Source: Gloeobacterales cyanobacterium (GTDB lineage Bacteria; Cyanobacteriota; Cyanobacteriia; Gloeobacterales; PMM-0068). From it: DNA of 64,000 nt. Position numbers and translations under genes: made by a program. Location of the stretch: NCBI GenBank assembly GCA_038245785.1, contig JBBRSB010000009.1:1-64000 (forward strand). The letters run 5' to 3'. The notes beneath the pieces were generated by a model. The model did no database searches. It had not been told where the DNA came from and saw only the letters and a program-made list of their open reading frames with translations. Positions 1 to 9,465 of this stretch are shown piece by piece. Position 1 is the first letter of the stretch, and the number at the start of each line of letters is the position of its first letter.

Positions 1-141
1 ACTGCGCTCGTTCGGTGCCAGAAATTATCCTGACTTAGCTAAAGCAATCGAAGAAGCCTTCGAGAAAGTATCGCTTGATGACATTCGAGGTTGGTTCACT
101 CATTGCTGTTACTGTACCTCAGCAGACTAGGAACCGCTATA
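1..141 (+). mobile_element. Right end of an IS630-family insertion sequence (transposase C-terminus to stop at 128-130, then terminal repeat ending in TA)
   Basis: Frame from base 2 reads LRSFGARNYPDLAKAIEEAFEKVSLDDIRGWFTHCCYCTSAD*, typical of the cyanobacterial IS630 C-terminus; followed by GGAACCGCTATA. Confidence 0.8.
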
Positions 142-167
142 TAGCGGAACAAGTGATAGCTCCAGCG

Positions 168-190
168 GCCTAACTAGTTATTGTACAGAA
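168..190 (-). other. Putative integron attI core site
   Basis: Minus strand reads TTCTGTACAATAACTA-GTTAGGC (GTTRRRY R box at 168-174), upstream of and divergent from an intI-like fragment. Confidence 0.55.
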
Positions 191-216
191 ACTTTCCATA
201 TATTCCCTGAGAATCG

Positions 217-309
217 GGATGATATCCAGAAATATTGGGGCTGAAGTCTTGATTTGACGTTGAATATTGCTGGACATTCTGTTGATTTAGGATGATATTC
301 AGAAATATT
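217..309. repeat. Two 20-bp direct repeats between the attI-like site and the intI remnant
   Basis: GGATGATATCCAGAAATATT (217-236) and GGATGATATTCAGAAATATT (290-309), 19/20 identical. Confidence 0.75.
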
Positions 310-385
310 CTAGATATCACTCCATATCGGCATATTATCCGGAAATGAAACCGTGACTATAGAGCCAGCCTCTGAGAAACTACTA

Positions 386-546
386 GTCCGAATCGAGCAC
401 TACGCTACAAGACCGAAAAAAGCTACGTGAATTGGATTAATTGGTAGGTCTTTCACTCGCACAAGCGACATTTCCAAGAAATGGGTAGCCCCAAAATTGA
501 AGCCTTTTTGACTCACCTCACGGACAAAGCAAGCAATTTTCCATAG
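386..546 (+). pseudogene. intI: Integron integrase N-terminal (SAM-like) domain remnant
   Basis: VRIEHY/frameshift/YKTEKSYVNWINW*VFHSHKRHFQEMGSPKIEAFLTHL matches the IntI N-terminal pattern (HYS.RTE..Y..WI....H..RHP.EMG..E.EAFLTHL); one frameshift, one internal stop, truncated. Confidence 0.75.
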
Positions 547-622
547 GGACTATACTTTAAGCCAGTTCTGGAGAGCACCAAGCTTCTTCGAGTTCCAGAG
601 ATGCGCGATGAGGTGATAGGCA

Positions 623-1516
623 ATGAAGATCACGACAGAACAACGGATAGGCTGGCTTTTTGTATTTCCTTCAGTGGCGCTGCTAGGGCTGGTTTTTGCC
701 TATCCGATTGGGCGGGCTTTTTGGCTGAGTTTGTTCACTAGGAATTTAGGCACAGCCTTAAAGCCGGAGTTTTCTGGACTGGAAAACTACTCCCGAATGC
801 TGATCGACGGTCATTTCTGGCAAAGCTTGGCGAACACTGGGGTCTTCACAGCCGCTTCGGTGACCCTGGAATTTTTGCTGGGCTTGGGCATTGCGCTGGT
901 CTTAAACCAGTCATTCCGAGGCAGAGGGGCACTGCGGGCGATTGCTATTTTGCCCTGGGCCTTACCGACGGCCTTGATGGGCTTGGTCTGGGCCTGGATC
1001 TTCAATGACCAGTATGGCGTCTGGAATGACATCCTCCTGCGTCTGGGATTGATTAAAACTGGGGTGAATTGGCTGGGAGAACCGACCCTGGCCATGCTCT
1101 CGGTGATTGCAGCCGATGTGTGGAAGACTACGCCCTTTGTCAGCATCTTGCTCTTGGCGGGTTTGCAGTCGATCCCAGAAGACCTCTACGAAGCTTACTC
1201 CTTGGATGGAGCGACGGCGTGGCAGAGTTTTCAAAACATCACCTTGCCTATGCTCTTGCCTCAAATTCTGATTGCCCTTCTATTCCGATTTGCCCAGGCT
1301 TTTGGAGCCTTTGACTTGATTCAGGTTTTGACCGCTGGAGGGCCAGCCGGAGCAACTGAAACCGTTTCACTCTATATCTATTCCACGGTAATGCGCTATC
1401 TCGATTTTGGTTATGGGGCCACTTTGGTCGTAGTCACGTTCCTTGGATTAGCAACAGTGGTGGCTTTGGGCAGTTTTTATCTGAAATTTGTACTTGGACA
1501 GGAATTAACAAAATGA
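623..1516 (+). CDS. Carbohydrate ABC transporter permease (MalF/UgpA-like)
   Basis: Multiple TM helices, EAA loop (LYEAYSLDGA). Confidence 0.9.
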   Translation: MKITTEQRIGWLFVFPSVALLGLVFAYPIGRAFWLSLFTRNLGTALKPEFSGLENYSRMLIDGHFWQSLANTGVFTAASVTLEFLLGLGIALVLNQSFRGRGALRAIAILPWALPTALMGLVWAWIFNDQYGVWNDILLRLGLIKTGVNWLGEPTLAMLSVIAADVWKTTPFVSILLLAGLQSIPEDLYEAYSLDGATAWQSFQNITLPMLLPQILIALLFRFAQAFGAFDLIQVLTAGGPAGATETVSLYIYSTVMRYLDFGYGATLVVVTFLGLATVVALGSFYLKFVLGQELTK

Positions 1517-2352
1517 CCAGCGCAGATAGACAAAAGGGAATTGTGCTCACGCTCATGGCACTGCTTATTGCTGCCTTTAGCTTGGGACCTGTACTCTGGC
1601 AGGTGCTCACGTCGATCAAAGTGAATGCCGACATTACAGCGGTCCCGAACGTCTATATTCCTAAGCGATATACGGCGATGCACTATCAAGCCTTGTTCAA
1701 TCAACGACCCTTCCTCAATTACATCATAAACAGTGGGGTGGTTGCGTTTTGCTCTACCGGGCTCTGTCTCGCTTTAGGGACACCAGCAGCCTATGCCTTA
1801 TCTCGTTTGAAAATCTGGGGAGGGCAGGTCATATTAGCAAGCGTTTTGGTCGTCACGCTGTTCCCCTATGTTCTGCTTTTTCTAGGCTTACTGGAACTGG
1901 TTCAGGCCCTGGGTCTGGGCAATAACTATCTCGCTTTGATCATCCCGTACACAGCGATTAACCTACCGCTGACGATTTTGGTAATGCGCAGTTTTTTCCA
2001 GCAACTGCCTAAAGATTTAGAAGATGCGGCCAAAGTTGACGGCTACAGTATCACACAGACCCTAACGCAGATCGTTCTGCCGATTACCGCTCCAGCTCTG
2101 GTGACGACAGGAATCCTGGCCTTCATCTTTTCCTGGAATGAATTTATTTTTGCGCTGACTTTTATCAGTGCTGAACGACTAAAAACACTTCCCGTTGCCG
2201 TGGCCCAAATTGGCGGTGCTTCTGCCTTTGATATCCCCTATGGTCCTTTAGCCGCAGCCACCGTTATTGGTACGCTACCGCTCGTACTACTCGTATTCTT
2301 CTTCCAGCGACGGATTGTTCAAGGGCTAACAGCTGGAGCAGTGAAGGGTTAG
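1513..2352 (+). CDS. Carbohydrate ABC transporter permease (MalG-like)
   Basis: EAA loop (LEDAAKVDG), C-terminal GLTAGAVKG; 4-bp overlap with the upstream permease. Confidence 0.9.
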   Translation: MTSADRQKGIVLTLMALLIAAFSLGPVLWQVLTSIKVNADITAVPNVYIPKRYTAMHYQALFNQRPFLNYIINSGVVAFCSTGLCLALGTPAAYALSRLKIWGGQVILASVLVVTLFPYVLLFLGLLELVQALGLGNNYLALIIPYTAINLPLTILVMRSFFQQLPKDLEDAAKVDGYSITQTLTQIVLPITAPALVTTGILAFIFSWNEFIFALTFISAERLKTLPVAVAQIGGASAFDIPYGPLAAATVIGTLPLVLLVFFFQRRIVQGLTAGAVKG

Positions 2353-2377
2353 CCCAGAGGCATACCAAACCTAGAGC

Positions 2378-4057
2378 CTACTTCAAGACCAAAAAGTCTC
2401 CTAGGGCCAGACCATCCATTTCTGTGGCAAGGAATGTTTCAATCGCTTCTGTCGGCGTATTTACAATCGGCTGGCCTTTGACATTGAAGGACGTATTGAG
2501 GACTACAGGGACACCTGTAAGTTCGTCAAAATGGGAGATCATCTGCCAGTAGCGGGGATTGACGGATTTCTTGACCGTTTGCACCCGCCCAGAGCCATCC
2601 ACGTGGGTGACAGCAGGAATGCCTGCATTCGGACGGACGGGATAAACCTGAGTCATGAAGTCTGCTTGACCACCCTCTGGAATTTCAAAAAACTCTGTAG
2701 CCCTTTCTTCTAAGACCGAGGGAGCAAAGGGGCGGAACATTTCGCGGAATTTGATTTTGGCATTGACAATATCTTTCATCTCAACCCGTCGCGGGTCTGC
2801 CAGGATAGAACGGCTGCCTAAGGCCCGCTGTCCAAATTCCATACGCCCCTGGAACCAACCGATCACCTTCCCATTAGCCAACATCTCAGCCACTTTCTGG
2901 GTAATGTCCGCTTGCCTTTCATATACCAATCCAGCTTTTTTCAGCGCCGCTTCCAGGTCGGCATCACCATAGGCTGGGCCTAAAAGTCCGGTATCGAGAT
3001 AATGACGTTCCCGCGTACCGCCCACTTCCAAATGGGCCAAGTAGGCTGCGCCCAGGGCTACTCCGGCATCGGAAGCACAGGGAGGAACATAGAGACGGTC
3101 TACATAGCCTTCGCGGACCAGTTTGCCATTGGCTACGGAATTCATAGCGACGCCACCCGCCAAGCATAGATTGCGATTGCCCGTCTCTTGAATCAGGCGT
3201 TTGACTAAGTGGAAAATGAGCAACTCTGTCTGGGCTTGCAGCGAAGAGGCAATGTCCCGATAGTGCTGGGGGACCTCTTCATTATTTTTTTCTTTGAGCG
3301 CCGGACCAAAGAGTTCTACAAGGCGGGGGCTATAGCGAGGAGATTTACCGACTTGATAGTTGAAATAGCTGTAGTCAATACCGACGCCCGTATCCGTTGG
3401 GTACATGACCTGGGCAACCTTTTCCAAGTATTGGGGCACGCCATAGGGTGCCAATCCCATCACTTTGTATTCATCGCTAAAAGGTTTAAAGCCAAGATAA
3501 TCCGTAAAGGCGCTATAGACATGACCAATGGAATTTGGCCAGTCAATCGTTCCTAGTTCTCTTAGTCCCTGACCATCACCGATTCCCCACCAAACGCTTT
3601 CCCAGTCGCCCACGCCATCCAGGGTCAGCACTGAGGCCGATTCGAAGGGAGAAGCATAGAACGTGCTGGCCGCATGGCAAAGATGATGATTCAGCCGCAG
3701 CACAGGACCCTTGTAGTCCAGTTCTTCCCGTACCTGTTCCACAATTCGGTTCATGCGGCCTAGCAGTTTGCCCCTAGTTTTCACCAAGGTCACGGATTCA
3801 GGCCAAAACTTGATCATATGGGCAGCTTTTTGCGCCAGTTTTCGCCTTGGGTCAAAGCCAAAGCCCACGGCGCTCAGCTCACTACTTTTGATACCCGTAT
3901 AGTCCAGGCAGTACTGAATCGCCTGCTTCGGGAACGAACTATCAAATTTATTCCGACTGAAGCGCTCTTCCTCAGCGGCCGCAATCACTTTCCCATCCGC
4001 TAAGAGCGCTGCAGCAGCTTCGTGCTGCCCGTGACAGATGATTCCCAGGACGTACAT
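2378..4057 (-). CDS. Carbamoyltransferase (NodU/CmcH/TobZ family)
   Basis: EEERFSR, HHLCHAAS, EYKVMGLAPYG, LAGGVAMN, REMFRPFAP, LNTSFN motifs. Confidence 0.92.
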   Translation of the reverse strand: MYVLGIICHGQHEAAAALLADGKVIAAAEEERFSRNKFDSSFPKQAIQYCLDYTGIKSSELSAVGFGFDPRRKLAQKAAHMIKFWPESVTLVKTRGKLLGRMNRIVEQVREELDYKGPVLRLNHHLCHAASTFYASPFESASVLTLDGVGDWESVWWGIGDGQGLRELGTIDWPNSIGHVYSAFTDYLGFKPFSDEYKVMGLAPYGVPQYLEKVAQVMYPTDTGVGIDYSYFNYQVGKSPRYSPRLVELFGPALKEKNNEEVPQHYRDIASSLQAQTELLIFHLVKRLIQETGNRNLCLAGGVAMNSVANGKLVREGYVDRLYVPPCASDAGVALGAAYLAHLEVGGTRERHYLDTGLLGPAYGDADLEAALKKAGLVYERQADITQKVAEMLANGKVIGWFQGRMEFGQRALGSRSILADPRRVEMKDIVNAKIKFREMFRPFAPSVLEERATEFFEIPEGGQADFMTQVYPVRPNAGIPAVTHVDGSGRVQTVKKSVNPRYWQMISHFDELTGVPVVLNTSFNVKGQPIVNTPTEAIETFLATEMDGLALGDFLVLK

Positions 4058-4224
4058 AGGCTTTAGAATACCATTCTCCCTGAATCATCAGACTCTTCCA
4101 AAGGACTTAATGGGTCCCAAGACTAATGTGGACCCTGTGAGAAGGTCCAGAGTGAATGAGAGAACGCTGCCTGTTCAGGTGCACAAGTAGTTTTGTACTA
4201 AGGTTTAAGCCAATCACAAACAAT

Positions 4225-4823
4225 TCACAGTGAGTCTTCAACAAATTTTCTCATATCCCCAAACAATTCTAAAGCACCATTAATACCGAGAAAAGATGTT
4301 GTAAGAGGCATGCCATCCATATCGATAGTGAAGTTTCTTCCTTTCCAAGATATTGGCAGATTTCTCTTGTTTTTATATTTAATCAATAAATCATGAGAAA
4401 AACAATTTCGTACAATTCTGAAAAAATCATACCAGTCTTGTTTTTCAAATAGTGTTTTGCAGCCAGAGATATCACAGTAATTTTTTACAACCTCAAAAGA
4501 ATCTTTCAGAAGAGTCCTTAAAAGCATTTTGAAAAATTCATCCTGAATTGTTTTTCTTTGATATTCATCAGCACCTCTTAAGGATTTAGAAGCTTCAATT
4601 AAGGGGAAAGGCGCAACTCTTACGGGGAACTGTGCTCCTTGAAAAGATTTAGAGCTTGGGAAGGATGGCTAACAAATGAAAATGAATTTTCCGTTATAAT
4701 ACATACAAGTCTATCTAAGGTTGAATAAGCCTCCTCCTGCATCAATAAACCAAGAGCAGCAATGCCCAACATAAAATTATTTTGGATTATGTCCAGTTCG
4801 TATAGTAATTCTTGCTTGTTCAC
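4225..4823 (-). pseudogene. AT-rich gene with HEPN-like RxxxxH motif, split by a frameshift near 4625-4640
   Basis: ORFs 4620-4823 and 4225-4527 are bridged by an open stretch in the second frame (PVRVAPFPLIEASKSLRGADEYQRKTIQDEFFK-MLLR); RNCFSH motif. Confidence 0.55.
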
Positions 4824-5263
4824 GTTAGTTAAATCTCGCTAGCTGTTGTGCATTTAGTAGGTAGGTTTCCCAAGCAATGGCAAGATCTATAGAGCGCATT
4901 GAAATTGAATATTTATTAAACTGACTTTATTTGGGTATCTTAGGCTGCAATCTTCTGAGAATAGATAGTAAAAAAAGAAGATTTTCTTTACCAGAGAAAT
5001 TGTGGCTTACCGTGAACGACGGATGGGTATTCAAGCAGTTAATTAACTTGGTCAAAGAGTATAAGGAAGTATATGCTGATGTGCAACGGCTATATTGACC
5101 GTTCATTAGCAGCTGCCCGTGCTCATCGGCTACGCGTGCGCCTACGATTGCTGGCCCTTACCCTTAACCATGCTCCTGAAGCTAGCTAATTAGTGATGAG
5201 GTGGAAACAATCTAGAATGAGAAGCAGAGCCGGATTCAAAAGGAATAAACGGTCGATAAAACG

Positions 5264-5653
5264 ATGACTACTCAAATCACGATTACACTATCAGATGACC
5301 TTTATGCGCAGGCTGAACGATTTGCACGACTTGCGAACCGAGACATAGCAAGTGTTCTTGTGAATGCGATCCACTCTTCGATTCCACCGATGAGTGCGAA
5401 AGCAGCGGCTCTTGAACCGATTTCGTCCCTCTCTGATGAAAAAGTTCTTGCCCTAACCGAACTTGAAATGGAACCCGAAGAAGATGTTTATCTGAGTGAA
5501 CTATTGGATAAACAACAGGCAGGAACGTTGGCAGAGGCAGAGCGACACAAACTACAAGCACTGATGCAGACTTACCAGGAAGGACTGCTGCGCAAAGCAA
5601 CCGCTCTAAGTGAAGCCGTTCGTCGTGGATTAACGGAGCCGCTAGGCGAGTGA
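5264..5653 (+). CDS. Putative antitoxin with N-terminal ribbon-helix-helix-like domain
   Basis: QITITLSDDLY beta-strand-helix start, acidic helical C-terminus; GTGA overlap with the HNH gene. Confidence 0.6.
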   Translation: MTTQITITLSDDLYAQAERFARLANRDIASVLVNAIHSSIPPMSAKAAALEPISSLSDEKVLALTELEMEPEEDVYLSELLDKQQAGTLAEAERHKLQALMQTYQEGLLRKATALSEAVRRGLTEPLGE

Positions 5654-6078
5654 GTTCCAGTTATATTCCCGAAGAGATCCGCACAAGAATTCGAGCGCAA
5701 GCAAAAAATCAGTGTGGATATTGTCGGAGCCTTCAGAAATATGTGTTGGGTATTTTAGAGATTGAGCATATTATCCCCAAAGCAGCTGGAGGGATGGATG
5801 ATGAAGAAAATCTTTGGCTTTCTTGCCGACTTTGCAACAGCTATAAAGGCACTCACACTCGCGGGCAAGATCCGGTGAGTGATCGCCGGGTTCGACTCTT
5901 CAATCCTCGCTCACAGAAATGGGGACGACACTTTGCCTGGACAGAGGACGGAGCTTTGATCATCGGGAAAACAGCCTGTGGTCGGACAACGGTGAGCGCG
6001 CTACAACTTAACAATAGTTATGCAATAGCGGTTCGACAGGCTTGGATTTCAGTAGGCTGGCATCCACCTGATGACTAG
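5650..6078 (+). CDS. HNH endonuclease (Zn-binding)
   Basis: CGYC...EHIIP..GG...ENL..SCRLCN. Confidence 0.88.
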   Translation: MSSSYIPEEIRTRIRAQAKNQCGYCRSLQKYVLGILEIEHIIPKAAGGMDDEENLWLSCRLCNSYKGTHTRGQDPVSDRRVRLFNPRSQKWGRHFAWTEDGALIIGKTACGRTTVSALQLNNSYAIAVRQAWISVGWHPPDD

Positions 6079-6089
6079 AAGAAGGTTGC

Positions 6090-6306
6090 AGCAATCGCCT
6101 AAAGGGGCAAGTATCTTGGCTGCCTCCTCCAACATGGCAATCTGAGCCTTCATGCAACCGTAAACCTTTGTTCAAGAAGTTGACTTGCAAGCTGTTGCGC
6201 CCGAACTCGCCCAACGCGAATAGCATCGATCAGACTCAACAGTTCGTAGAATTCTGGGTCATTCTTTACTGCGACTGGGACAGACCTTTATAAAGGCATG
6301 ATTCCA
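6090..6306 (-). pseudogene. Remnant junction of an AbiE-like (type IV TA) pair: antitoxin C-terminus plus start of the nucleotidyltransferase
   Basis: Minus strand reads GIMPL*RSVPVAVKNDPEFYELLSLIDAIRVGRVRAQQLASQLLEQRFTVA*, overlapping (ATGA at 6150-6153) MKAQIAMLEEAAKILAPLG. Confidence 0.55.
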
Positions 6307-6372
6307 TTCTGCATATGCGCATCGCGAATAGCAAATAAAGCGAAGGCTTTCCCTCTATGGCAAACTGTATCC

Positions 6373-6567
6373 ATGACAGAAGCCTCTATTACTGCTGCAG
6401 AAACTCCCTGGTACGTCCATAAACTAGCGGATGAGCATTGCGAAATTTCTTCAGAGCCAGCAAAACCTGGAACGTTGGCGACCTGGGGGCCTTATCCTAG
6501 TCAGGACGAGGCTATTGCTCGTCGGGTTGGTTTGATCCGTGCGGGCAAATGTAAGCCGAAAATTTAA
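6373..6567 (+). CDS. Small conserved cyanobacterial protein
   Basis: WYV..L...HCEI...WGPY.S..EAIARRVGLIRAGKC pattern; ATG at 6373. Confidence 0.7.
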   Translation: MTEASITAAETPWYVHKLADEHCEISSEPAKPGTLATWGPYPSQDEAIARRVGLIRAGKCKPKI

Positions 6568-6589
6568 GGATTAAGGCTGGTACTGCTCT

Positions 6590-8146
6590 ATGAAATCCTT
6601 TGTCGAAGAACTCAATCTCCTGATCCGTGCCCGCTATCCGATTGTCTACGTGCCCACCTCTGAAGAGGAACGGTTGGAGCGAGCGATTGCTGAAGCCAGT
6701 GGGGAGCGCAATTTATACTGCTGGGACTTTGTCGAAGGCTTTCAGGTCGCTGGGATTGACAAAGGAAAAGCAAAGAGTAATCCTCTACAAGCGCTGGAAT
6801 TCATCGAAGAAAACCGGACCGAACGGGGCGCTGTCTATGTGCTTCGGGACTATCACCGCTTCCTAGAAGATATTTCGATTAGCCGCAAGCTCCGCAATCT
6901 AGCCCGTCGGCTACGCTCAGAGCCCAAAACAGTTTTGATTACAGCGCCCAGAATTGCGATTCCTGATGACCTCGCTGAAGAATTGACCGTGCTGGAATTT
7001 TCACTGCCCACCTTTGCCGAGATTCAACAAGAACTAGAGCAACTGCTATCCGGGCAAAACCTGAATCGCAGTACGAAAGAAGAATTAATCAAAGCCTGTC
7101 AGGGACTGACGCTCAACCGCATTCGGCAAGTGCTTGCGAAAACCTTAGTCAAAGAAAATGCTTCCTGGTCTACGGGAGGGCACGGCGCTTCTAACCAAAC
7201 CTTCGCTCAGCTCAGTGAAGACCTGGACCTGATCTTGGAAGAAAAACGCCAAAAAATTCGCCAGACTCAAATTTTAGAATTCTATCCGGCTTCAGAGAAT
7301 ATTTCTGATATCGGTGGATTGGGCGATTTGAAAGAGTGGTTGATACGCAGAGGTGCGGCCTTTGGTGAACAGGCGCGACGCTATGGTTTGCCTGCGCCCC
7401 GTGGCTTACTTTTAGTCGGTATTCAGGGTACGGGAAAATCACTTACCGCCAAAGCGATCGCTCACCACTGGCACTTACCCCTCTTGCGTCTCGATGTTGG
7501 ACGACTGTTTGGAGGATTGGTCGGAGAATCGGAATCGCGCACCCGACAGATGATCCAACTAGCTGAGGCCCTCGCTCCCTGTGTTTTATGGATCGATGAA
7601 GTGGATAAGGCTTTTGGTGGTTCGGGAGGCCAGGGAGATGCGGGCACTTCCCGCCGCGTCTTTGGCGCGTTCTTGACCTGGATGGCAGAAAAGAAAGCAC
7701 CTGTCTTTGTCGTCGCCACCGCCAATGATATTCAGAATTTACCGCCTGAGCTTCTGCGCAAGGGCCGTTTTGATGAAATTTTCTTTATTGATTTGCCCTC
7801 TCAGGAGGAACGGAAAGAAATTTTTGAAGTCCATCTGAATAAACTGAGGCCCACTACCATTCGCCAGTATGATCTCAGCCGCCTAGCCTATGAAGCTCCT
7901 GAGTTTTCTGGAGCTGAGATAGAGCAGTGCTTGATTGAAGCGATGCACGCGGCCTTTAGCCAAAACCGAGATTTTACAGGCGATGATATCCTGCATGCGA
8001 TTAGCCAAATGGTTCCTCTGGCTCGTACGTGCCAAGAACAAATACAACAGCTGCAAAGTTGGGCACGTTCTGGTAAAGCCCGCCTTGCTTCTCGTAGAGT
8101 CGGAGGCCTACTCGATATAGATATGACACGGAGACTCCCCGATTGA
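6590..8146 (+). CDS. ycf46: Ycf46-family AAA+ ATPase
   Basis: Walker A GIQGTGKS, Walker B LWIDE, RKGRFDE; N-terminal LLIRARYP. Confidence 0.88.
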   Translation: MKSFVEELNLLIRARYPIVYVPTSEEERLERAIAEASGERNLYCWDFVEGFQVAGIDKGKAKSNPLQALEFIEENRTERGAVYVLRDYHRFLEDISISRKLRNLARRLRSEPKTVLITAPRIAIPDDLAEELTVLEFSLPTFAEIQQELEQLLSGQNLNRSTKEELIKACQGLTLNRIRQVLAKTLVKENASWSTGGHGASNQTFAQLSEDLDLILEEKRQKIRQTQILEFYPASENISDIGGLGDLKEWLIRRGAAFGEQARRYGLPAPRGLLLVGIQGTGKSLTAKAIAHHWHLPLLRLDVGRLFGGLVGESESRTRQMIQLAEALAPCVLWIDEVDKAFGGSGGQGDAGTSRRVFGAFLTWMAEKKAPVFVVATANDIQNLPPELLRKGRFDEIFFIDLPSQEERKEIFEVHLNKLRPTTIRQYDLSRLAYEAPEFSGAEIEQCLIEAMHAAFSQNRDFTGDDILHAISQMVPLARTCQEQIQQLQSWARSGKARLASRRVGGLLDIDMTRRLPD

Positions 8147-9435
8147 CTTCTCAGCCTAAAACCTTTGCTGCTAAGACCGCTCCTCTTAGCCGTTGGCCCC
8201 AACTCTATGTTCCAACGTTGTATTTTGCTCAAGGATTGCCCTATACCCTTGTAAATCTAGTCTCCGCCGTATTCTTCAAAAATTTAGGCGCCAGTAACGA
8301 GTTTATTGGGCTGACCAGTTTTCTCTCTCTCCCTTGGGTACTGAAGCCGCTCTGGGGACCTTTTATTGATACCTATGGCTCTCGCCGAAACTGGCTTCTA
8401 TGGATGCAGGCAGCATTGGCGATCATCACAGGCTTAGCAGCAGCAGCCATTTCTACGCCCTTAGCCCTGCCCTTAGCGCTGGCCTTTTTTGTAGCGATGG
8501 GACTGGCTTCCGCCACCCACGATACGGCGATGGATGGATACTATCTGGATGCCTTAGACCAAGAGCAACAGGCTTTGTACACCGGAGTCCGGGTTGCTGC
8601 TTATAAAATGGCCGTGCTATTCGGTACGGGGGGCTTGGTCTATTTTGCGGGCGTCCTTGGAGAACAGACTTCTGTTTCTATAGGCTGGGCCATGGTCTTT
8701 GGCGGGACGGCAGTGCTCATGCTTGGTTTATCTGCTTTTCACAGCTGGGGCCTGCCCAGACCAGTGACGAAAAAAGTCACGCCTGGACTGGGAAATTTTA
8801 CAGAAGCCTTTCGGACCTACTTCTCACAGCCTGCAATTTTAGTGATCGTCGCCTACATCGTTACCTTCCGCCTGGGGGACGCTCTCATGCTGAAGATGGC
8901 CCAGCCGTTCTTATTAGATACGCCAGCAAAAGGTGGGCTGGCCATCGCCACTAAAGATATCGGCATTATCTATGGCACCTATGGTGTCGCTTGTCTGCTC
9001 TTGGGCGGGGTGGTTGGGGGATGGTTAGTGTCGCGCTATGGCATCAAAAAGTGCATCTTTCCCACAGCCCTCTTCCAAAACGGCGCAATTTTGCTCTACT
9101 GGTGGCTATCGATTGCCAAGCCGCCTCTGTTGGGTGTGGGCCTTGTCAATGCTGTTGAACAGTTTGCCTATGGTCTAGGGACCGCTGCTTACACCGTATT
9201 TCTGATGCGAACGGTGCGTCCTGATTCTGAGTATAAGGGCGCGCACTATGCGATTGCTACTGGACTGATGGCCTTAGGCCTTTTACTTCCTGGTGCCGTA
9301 AGCGGCTATTTGGAAACTTCTTTGGGCTACAGCAACTTTTTTCTGGTGAGCTTCTTCGTGGCGATTCCTGGCTTGATTACCATTTTCTTTCTTCCTGCTA
9401 GCATTATGGATGAACCGCACAAAAATAAAAGTTAG
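8143..9435 (+). CDS. AmpG-like MFS permease
   Basis: LYFAQGLP, LPWVLKPLWGP..D, SATHD.A.DG motifs. Confidence 0.82.
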   Translation: MTSQPKTFAAKTAPLSRWPQLYVPTLYFAQGLPYTLVNLVSAVFFKNLGASNEFIGLTSFLSLPWVLKPLWGPFIDTYGSRRNWLLWMQAALAIITGLAAAAISTPLALPLALAFFVAMGLASATHDTAMDGYYLDALDQEQQALYTGVRVAAYKMAVLFGTGGLVYFAGVLGEQTSVSIGWAMVFGGTAVLMLGLSAFHSWGLPRPVTKKVTPGLGNFTEAFRTYFSQPAILVIVAYIVTFRLGDALMLKMAQPFLLDTPAKGGLAIATKDIGIIYGTYGVACLLLGGVVGGWLVSRYGIKKCIFPTALFQNGAILLYWWLSIAKPPLLGVGLVNAVEQFAYGLGTAAYTVFLMRTVRPDSEYKGAHYAIATGLMALGLLLPGAVSGYLETSLGYSNFFLVSFFVAIPGLITIFFLPASIMDEPHKNKS

Positions 9436-9465
9436 AGCCTACGTCAAGTCTGTAGGAGGAAAGAC

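Noticed and set aside
4930..5190. Short open frames between the HEPN-motif gene and the HNH pair
   Set aside because: No recognisable motif or convincing start; possibly gene debris
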